Source of the DNA: an uncultured Aminicenantes bacterium
GTDB taxonomy: Bacteria > Acidobacteriota > Aminicenantia > UBA2199
Length of the DNA: 64,000 bases
NCBI GenBank assembly: GCA_965195285.1
Contig: CBDAFS010000031.1
Coordinates: 1 to 64,000 of the forward strand
Reading direction: 5' to 3'
This document shows positions 58,102 to 64,000 of the stretch, one piece after another. Position 1 is the stretch's first letter; each line of letters starts with the position of its first letter. The notes beneath the pieces are model-generated. The model did no database searches. It had not been told where the DNA came from and was given only the letters and a program-made list of their open reading frames with translations. The position numbers and the translations under genes are program-made.

Positions 58102-60354
58102 TCAAAGTTCGGTCTTCATCTTTTCCAGCTCCTCCATATTCAGCAATATATCCCTCTGATTCTTACTGTTGGGAGCGGAAACGACTTCCCTGGCCTGAAG
58201 TTGATCGATCAATCGACCGGCCCTGGCATAACCGACTCTCATTTTTCGTTGAAGGTAAGAGGCCGAAGCCTGACCGGTGTTGATGATAATTTCGGCGGCG
58301 TCGAAAAAGAGCTCATCCAGATCCCCGTCCTCGAGCTCGCTATCGGCTTTGACATGGGTTTTTATCACCTGGGTGTTGTATTTGGGTTTTCTGAGTTTGG
58401 ACAGATATCCAATGACCCTCAAGGTCTCCTCCTCTGATACAAAAGCACAGTGGCAGCGGACCAGGGTGGCGGTCTTGGGTGGCAGAAACAGCATGTCTCC
58501 GCTCCCCAGTAATTTTTCAGCTCCCATGACATCGATGATGGTCCGCGAATCAAATTTGGAGGGAACGGCCATGGCAATTCTGGAGGGGAAATTGTTTTTG
58601 ATGGTTCCGGTAATCACATCGATGGAAGGTCGTTGGGTGGCCAGTATCAGGTGAATCCCCACGGCCCGGGATTTCTGGGCCATCTTCTGGATAGACTCTT
58701 CAATCTCTCTTGATGCCGTCATCATTAAATCGGCAAATTCATCAATGATGACTACGATATAGGGCATTTTCTCCTGGTTTTCCAATTTTTCCAGTAACTC
58801 ATCTTCCACCTGGGTCAGCAATTCAATTTTTTTATTGTATTGCTCGATATTCCTGACCTGGAGCAGGGCCAGTTGTTTGTACCTTCGCTCGATTTCAAAT
58901 ATGGTCCAATCCAGGGCATTTTTGGCCAGTTTGGTGTTGACCACCACCGGGGTCAGCAGGTGGGGGAGCGAGTTATAGATAGCCAGCTCCACCCGCTTGG
59001 GATCAATCAATACGAATTTGACCTCTTCGGGCGGGGATTTGTATAAAATACTTAAAATGATAGTGTGGATGGCCACACTTTTTCCGCTTCCAGTGGCTCC
59101 GGCAATGATTAAATGAGGCATCTCGCGCAAATCGGTAATAAAAATTTCACCGCTCTTGCTTTTACCCAGGGCAATGGTAAGAGGTGAACTGGATTGCTGG
59201 TATTCGGGGGATTCAAGGATCTCCCTCAGGTGAATGAGCTCCCTTTTATTGTTGGGGATTTCGATGCCGATAGCCTTTTTGCCCAGTATTCTTTCGATTC
59301 GGACATACTGGGCTTTGACCACCAGGGCCAGGTCCTCGGACAGGTTGGTCACATCCTTTACCTTAACCCCCGTGTCCGGTACAAATTCATAGGTGGTAAT
59401 GACCGGTCCGGGTGTGTATTCCATGATTTCGCCCTTTATTCTGAATTCATTCAACCGGCTGGACAATTCAATCTTCTTTTCGTCCAGTTCTTTGTAGTCT
59501 ATCTTGCTCTTTTTGGTGGGGGCATCCAGGTAGGAAAGGGGCGGGGGCTGGAATTTTTCCAGACTTGGGTATTCCTCTTCCAGGTCGGAAAACAAATAGG
59601 TTTCTTCGGGAATTTTACTGGGTTTTTTGACAATTTTTCTTTTTTCTTTCCTGGTTAGAAATTCGGATTTTTCCTTTAAAATCCGGCCGGGACCTGCCTG
59701 ATATTTTTTTTTGATCCGCTCCCGTTGCTGATTTTCCCGATATTTTTCAATGTTTTTATTTAAAACTGATCCGATTTTTTTAAATAATTTGGCTATCAAT
59801 TGGGACAGGAATTTGAAGATTCGATGAAGGGAAAATTTGGCAATCAGGGCCAGTGAAATGAGAACAAGAATGAGAGACAATAACAGTGAAAAAAAAGGTT
59901 TTATCTCCGTATTTAAAAAATGGTTGAAAAAGTAACCGATCAATCCACCGGTTTTGGATTCGACATTTTCTATGATTGACAACGGGTTAATATTATCGAG
60001 AAAAGAGGCAAAGGAAAGGAGTAATAGTAAATAACCCAGATTTTTGCTAATAAAATTTTTTATATTGCGATTAAACAGAAAAAAACTGGTCAGGAAAAGC
60101 AGGTATAAAATAAAAATATATGAAGCGTAGCCGAACAGGTTAAACAAAACCGCTGCGATTTCGGACCCGATTTGTCCCCCGTAGTTGGTTACCGATTCCT
60201 TGATCGATGAATGAAAGAAACTCGGGTCCGAAGGCGAATAGCTGACCAGACTGAACAATAGAAAAATGGAAATAAAAAGGGCGATGATTCCGAATATCTC
60301 GTTTCTCAGGGACAATTCGTTGCCAGGAACCTTTTCTCTCTTTACTTTTCTCAT
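58102..60354 (-). CDS. ftsK: DNA translocase FtsK
   Basis: N-terminal TMs, GPVIT, IGIEIPN, GATGSGKS, IDPK, IIDEFAD, ATQRPS, GAEKLLG.GDML, gamma domain LQRKMRVGYARAGR. Confidence 0.96.
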   Translation of the reverse strand: MRKVKREKVPGNELSLRNEIFGIIALFISIFLLFSLVSYSPSDPSFFHSSIKESVTNYGGQIGSEIAAVLFNLFGYASYIFILYLLFLTSFFLFNRNIKNFISKNLGYLLLLLSFASFLDNINPLSIIENVESKTGGLIGYFFNHFLNTEIKPFFSLLLSLILVLISLALIAKFSLHRIFKFLSQLIAKLFKKIGSVLNKNIEKYRENQQRERIKKKYQAGPGRILKEKSEFLTRKEKRKIVKKPSKIPEETYLFSDLEEEYPSLEKFQPPPLSYLDAPTKKSKIDYKELDEKKIELSSRLNEFRIKGEIMEYTPGPVITTYEFVPDTGVKVKDVTNLSEDLALVVKAQYVRIERILGKKAIGIEIPNNKRELIHLREILESPEYQQSSSPLTIALGKSKSGEIFITDLREMPHLIIAGATGSGKSVAIHTIILSILYKSPPEEVKFVLIDPKRVELAIYNSLPHLLTPVVVNTKLAKNALDWTIFEIERRYKQLALLQVRNIEQYNKKIELLTQVEDELLEKLENQEKMPYIVVIIDEFADLMMTASREIEESIQKMAQKSRAVGIHLILATQRPSIDVITGTIKNNFPSRIAMAVPSKFDSRTIIDVMGAEKLLGSGDMLFLPPKTATLVRCHCAFVSEEETLRVIGYLSKLRKPKYNTQVIKTHVKADSELEDGDLDELFFDAAEIIINTGQASASYLQRKMRVGYARAGRLIDQLQAREVVSAPNSKNQRDILLNMEELEKMKTEL

Positions 60355-60362
60355 TTTTAAAA

Positions 60363-60391
60363 AGTATATGTTTACCCCTGTATTTTGTCAA
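60363..60391 (-). promoter_or_regulatory. Sigma70-type promoter of ftsK
   Basis: Minus strand TTGACA-17 nt-TATACT, 8 nt before the ATG. Confidence 0.7.
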
Positions 60392-60431
60392 GTTGTGGCA
60401 AATGGTCCGGGTTAGAGGGTCGGAATAGAAA

Positions 60432-61463
60432 TTATTCCCAGTTTAAGAGGACTTTGCCGGATTGGCCGGATTCCATGATATCAAAGGCTTTTTGATACTG
60501 GTTTATGTGGAACCGGTGGGTAATGATCGGAGAAATATCCAGTCCGGACAGAACCATTTGTTCCATCTTGTACCAGGTCTCAAACATTTCCCTGCCGTAA
60601 ATGCCTTTTAAATGCAGGGCTTTGAATATGAATTCATCCCACTGGATCCGGGTGGTTGATGGCAATATGCCCAGGAGTGCAATTTTGGAACCATTGTACA
60701 TATTGCTGATCATGTCGTTAAAGGCCTGGGGAGATCCGGACATTTCAAGACCCACATCAAAACCGACCATTCCCAATTCCCTGACCACATCCGATATTTT
60801 TTCATTTCGGGGATCAATGGCTCTGGTGGCTCCCATTTTCCGGGCAATCTCAAGGCGGTATTCTACCAGGTCGGTGACCACAATATAGCGGGCTCCGGCA
60901 AATCGACTGATGGCTACGGCCATGTTTCCGATCAATCCGGCCCCGGTGATCAATACATCCTCGCCGATAACCGGAAATGAGAGCGCGGTATGGGTGGCAT
61001 TTCCGAAGGGATCAAAAATGGCCACGATATCATCACTGATCTTGGGATTGATCTTGATGACATTCTGGGAGGGAATGGCCACATATTCGGCAAATGCCCC
61101 ATCTCGATTTACCCCCACGCCGACGGTGTTTTCGCAAACGTGTTTCTTGCCTCTCCGGCAGTTTCGGCAATGACCGCAGGCGATGTGTCCTTCTCCGGTC
61201 ACGCGTTCGCCGATTTCCAGATCCTCCACTCCGGATCCTTTGCGGGCAATGGTTCCCACATATTCATGGCCGATAACCATGGGGGTTTTGATGGTTTTTC
61301 GTGCCCAGTCATTCCACAGGTAGATATGCAGATCGGTTCCGCAAATGGCGGTTTTTTTTATCTTGATCAATACATCGTTGATGCCGATTTCGGGGATATC
61401 CACGTTGTCCATCCAGATACCCTTGCCCGGTTGTTTCTTAACCAGTGCTTTCATTGTTGTCAT
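60432..61463 (-). CDS. tdh: L-threonine 3-dehydrogenase
   Basis: [50 protein letters not shown]. Confidence 0.96.
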   Translation of the reverse strand: MTTMKALVKKQPGKGIWMDNVDIPEIGINDVLIKIKKTAICGTDLHIYLWNDWARKTIKTPMVIGHEYVGTIARKGSGVEDLEIGERVTGEGHIACGHCRNCRRGKKHVCENTVGVGVNRDGAFAEYVAIPSQNVIKINPKISDDIVAIFDPFGNATHTALSFPVIGEDVLITGAGLIGNMAVAISRFAGARYIVVTDLVEYRLEIARKMGATRAIDPRNEKISDVVRELGMVGFDVGLEMSGSPQAFNDMISNMYNGSKIALLGILPSTTRIQWDEFIFKALHLKGIYGREMFETWYKMEQMVLSGLDISPIITHRFHINQYQKAFDIMESGQSGKVLLNWE

Positions 61464-61629
61464 TGTTTACCTCATTGCAGGTTAGTTTAAAAACCATAAT
61501 ATTGGGGAATTTGATTTCCCTGAAGTTAAATTGTAAGAAAAAATGGTTTATTTTTCAAGACACCCTGGTTATTCGTTTTGCCAGTTGAAATATATTTTTT
61601 AAAATACTATGATTATGCTTAATATCAAC

Positions 61630-63498
61630 ATGAAAAAATTTATTTTACTGATTTTGCTATTCTCAATAGGCTGTTTGTTGGTCAAGGCAGCCCAGCCAGC
61701 GGAAGTGAAGTTCCCCTCGATGGTTTTTAAAGGGAAAATATTGAAGTTGAAAGATATCGGGTTGTTTGACCGGATCTATGTGAACGGAACAGAAATAAAA
61801 TCCGATCAAATTGTTTTTTCACAAACCGGTACCCACACAATTACTGTGGTTCAGGGAGACCGTGAATTGATCTTCAGTGTATATTCCCTGGAAGGAATTC
61901 TTACCCTGCTTCCGCCCCTGATCGCCATTATTCTGGCCCTGATTTTCAAGGAAGTAGTGGTTTCATTGTTTGTGGGCATTTTTACCGGTGCCCTGCTGTT
62001 GAGCCGCTTTGATTTTATCAATGCCTTTTTTAATGTGATTGACAAATATATTATCAATGCCATTGCCGATAAAGACCGGGCTTCCATTCTGGTTTTCACC
62101 TTGTTGTTGGGCGGGATGGTGGGAATCATTACCAAATCCGGAGGCGTGAAAGGAATCGTTGAGGGTCTCTCACGACGGGTTAAGTCGGAGAGAGGCACCC
62201 AGTTTTATACCTGGTTGATGGGGATTTTGATATTTTTTGATGATTATACCAATACCCTGATCGTAGGGAACACCATGCGGCCACTTACGGATAAATGGAA
62301 AGTATCCCGGGAAAAACTCTCCTATATTGTCGATTCCACAGCTGCTCCCATGGCTTCCATTGCCCTGATCTCCACCTGGATCGGATTTGAAATCTCTTTG
62401 ATTGACCAATCGCTGAAAGCGTATGGATTTCAATATGATGCCTATCAGATTTTTTTGGCTTCACTGCCTTATCGATTTTATCCCATTCTGGCCTTATTAT
62501 TAGTCATGTTGGTTTTTACCCTCAGAAGGGATTTCGGACCCATGCTGAAAGCGGAAAAAAGAGCCAGCAGAGGCCAATTACTCAGTGATGAGGCTGTTCC
62601 CCTGGCTGATTTTGAGAGTTCCGGCCTGAATCCTTCGGAATCCACTCCGCACCGCTGGTTCAACGGTTTGATTCCCATTGTGGTGGTCATTGTTTTTACC
62701 TTCGGAGGGCTTTACATTTCAGGTGTGAACCGGTTGCTTTCCAATGGGAATCCGCTGGCAGAAAAATCATTTTTTCAGGTGGTTTTTTCCAGCAGTGGTT
62801 TTAAGGATCTGGGAACCATTATTTCCACGGCAAATTCTTTTGAAGTGCTTCTCTGGGCTTCACTGATGGGAGTCATTACCGCACTCGGTCTGGCTTTTTT
62901 TCAGAAGATACTGTCCCTGAGGGAAGGCATTTCATCCCTGGTTCAGGGAATGAAATCCATGATGATGGCCGTTGTTATTCTGGTTCTGGCCTGGTCGCTG
63001 GGAGTGGTATTAGTGGAATTACACACGGCAGATTTTCTGGTCTCTTTGTTGTCTTCATCACTCGACTATCAATTGTTTCCGGCCCTGGTCTTTGTTTTTT
63101 CAGCCCTTATTGCCTTTTCAACCGGAACGTCCTGGGGGACCATCGGGATCATGTATCCCCTGGTTATCCCCATCACCATCGGATTGGGCAGAGGTTTACC
63201 GGATTTAAAATACTTTATCATTCTCACCATTTCATCGGTACTGGCAGGCGCCGTGTTTGGAGATCATTGCTCCCCCATATCGGACACCACCATTATGAGC
63301 TCAATGGCCTCATCCTGTGATCATATTGATCATGTCAAGACCCAGATCCCCTATGCACTACTGGCGGCATCGGTTGCGCTTTTCTGCGGGATTATCCCGG
63401 TTTCCTATGGCTTTCCCTATATCCTGTCTGTTTTGATATCTGTTGGAATCATCAGCCTGATTTTACTGGTAGCGGGTAAGAAGAGCCGGGGAAACTGA
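61630..63498 (+). CDS. NhaC-family Na+/H+ antiporter-like transporter with N-terminal extracytoplasmic extension
   Basis: FFDDY, SREKLSYIVDSTAAP, TGTSWGT, GAVFGDHCSPISDTT; start uncertain (61609-61630). Confidence 0.88.
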   Translation: MKKFILLILLFSIGCLLVKAAQPAEVKFPSMVFKGKILKLKDIGLFDRIYVNGTEIKSDQIVFSQTGTHTITVVQGDRELIFSVYSLEGILTLLPPLIAIILALIFKEVVVSLFVGIFTGALLLSRFDFINAFFNVIDKYIINAIADKDRASILVFTLLLGGMVGIITKSGGVKGIVEGLSRRVKSERGTQFYTWLMGILIFFDDYTNTLIVGNTMRPLTDKWKVSREKLSYIVDSTAAPMASIALISTWIGFEISLIDQSLKAYGFQYDAYQIFLASLPYRFYPILALLLVMLVFTLRRDFGPMLKAEKRASRGQLLSDEAVPLADFESSGLNPSESTPHRWFNGLIPIVVVIVFTFGGLYISGVNRLLSNGNPLAEKSFFQVVFSSSGFKDLGTIISTANSFEVLLWASLMGVITALGLAFFQKILSLREGISSLVQGMKSMMMAVVILVLAWSLGVVLVELHTADFLVSLLSSSLDYQLFPALVFVFSALIAFSTGTSWGTIGIMYPLVIPITIGLGRGLPDLKYFIILTISSVLAGAVFGDHCSPISDTTIMSSMASSCDHIDHVKTQIPYALLAASVALFCGIIPVSYGFPYILSVLISVGIISLILLVAGKKSRGN

Positions 63499-63501
63499 AA
63501 G

Positions 63502-63999
63502 TCACGCCTTCATTTTCTCCCTGATTGATTTAAGGGATTCGATACCGATAAAGGCTCCCAGAATAACCAGAATAAAGGCGGTAATGGCCAGTACCGTATC
63601 TCCGGTGTTTTTTAAGAATCCTCCGATATATTGAAAAATTAACAGATAGAGCAGGGAGGCCTCGGTGACCAGCCACATGAAAATAGAGGGGATCAAGCTG
63701 TAGAGGACTGGCCTTTTAATGCCGGCAAAATAGGCTGTAACCGTAAAAAGTGCCAGTGCAGCGATTAATTGATTGGCGCTTCCAAATATGGGCCAGATGA
63801 TATTCCAGCTATTGGATTTGGCAAGCACATAGGCGAAAAGGACTCCAATCAACCCCGCTACCCAGCGATTGGACAGGGCAGACTTTTTTTTAAACAGGGA
63901 TTCCTGAAACACAAAACGACTCAACCGAACCGCGGTATCCAGGCTGGTCAGGACAAAGGCATTGAGCATCAATATCCCAAAGGATACGGCCAGGTCGAA
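63502..63999 (-). CDS. cstA: Carbon starvation protein A family transporter (C-terminal part; runs off window end)
   Basis: LTSLDTAVRLSRF and IWPIFGSANQLIAALAL; frame is open to the window edge. Confidence 0.88.
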   Translation of the reverse strand, partial: FDLAVSFGILMLNAFVLTSLDTAVRLSRFVFQESLFKKKSALSNRWVAGLIGVLFAYVLAKSNSWNIIWPIFGSANQLIAALALFTVTAYFAGIKRPVLYSLIPSIFMWLVTEASLLYLLIFQYIGGFLKNTGDTVLAITAFILVILGAFIGIESLKSIREKMKA

Positions 64000-64000
64000 G

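Noticed and set aside
60432-61463. tdh lacking an adjacent kbl
   Set aside because: The two genes are often unlinked; kbl may be elsewhere in the genome.
1-64000. tRNA, rRNA, CRISPR array or recognisable riboswitch
   Set aside because: Intergenic regions were read by eye. No cloverleaf/T-loop, regularly spaced repeat-spacer array or known aptamer was seen, including a cobalamin riboswitch near icmF. A covariance-model scan would be needed to exclude divergent RNAs.

Overview
Gene-dense 64-kb segment of an anaerobic, diderm (Kdo/lipid A-making) bacterium. The gene content and secreted TPR/hypothetical proteins are reminiscent of Ca. Aminicenantes or Desulfobacterota-like organisms, but this is an impression only. 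From left to right: (1) a minus-strand, translationally coupled energy operon in which a four-subunit 2-oxoacid:ferredoxin oxidoreductase lies inside an hdrCB...hdrA-mvhD-flx-like electron-bifurcation cluster; (2) an amino-acid permease-USP fusion and a stand-alone glutamine amidotransferase; (3) a visibly AT-rich island (~15.3-24.2 kb) holding a solo SIR2-like gene and a small ORF between two 21-bp direct repeats, followed by an apparently exported ankyrin-TPR-CHAT (caspase-like) protease convergent with a DUF928-like exported protein and a CHASE2 membrane protein lacking an output domain; (4) a divergent acyl-CoA cluster (icmF, DUF6125-like, two acyl-CoA dehydrogenases, 3-hydroxyacyl-CoA dehydrogenase, thiolase, biotin-dependent carboxylase); (5) arsR-arsM followed by an HUH (RAYT-like) transposase bounded by 23-bp inverted repeats; (6) a deacetylase, a metzincin-TPR protein, and a GMP-synthase-B-like / aldehyde:ferredoxin oxidoreductase / aminotransferase / unknown protein / homoserine dehydrogenase run that may be an undescribed pathway; (7) a hybrid kinase, larA-family gene and truncated GMC oxidoreductase remnant; (8) ftsK-kdsA-kdsD-kdsC-lpxH, tdh, an NhaC-type antiporter and partial cstA. 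No tRNA, rRNA or CRISPR array was seen. All family calls come from motif recognition by eye, not database searches.
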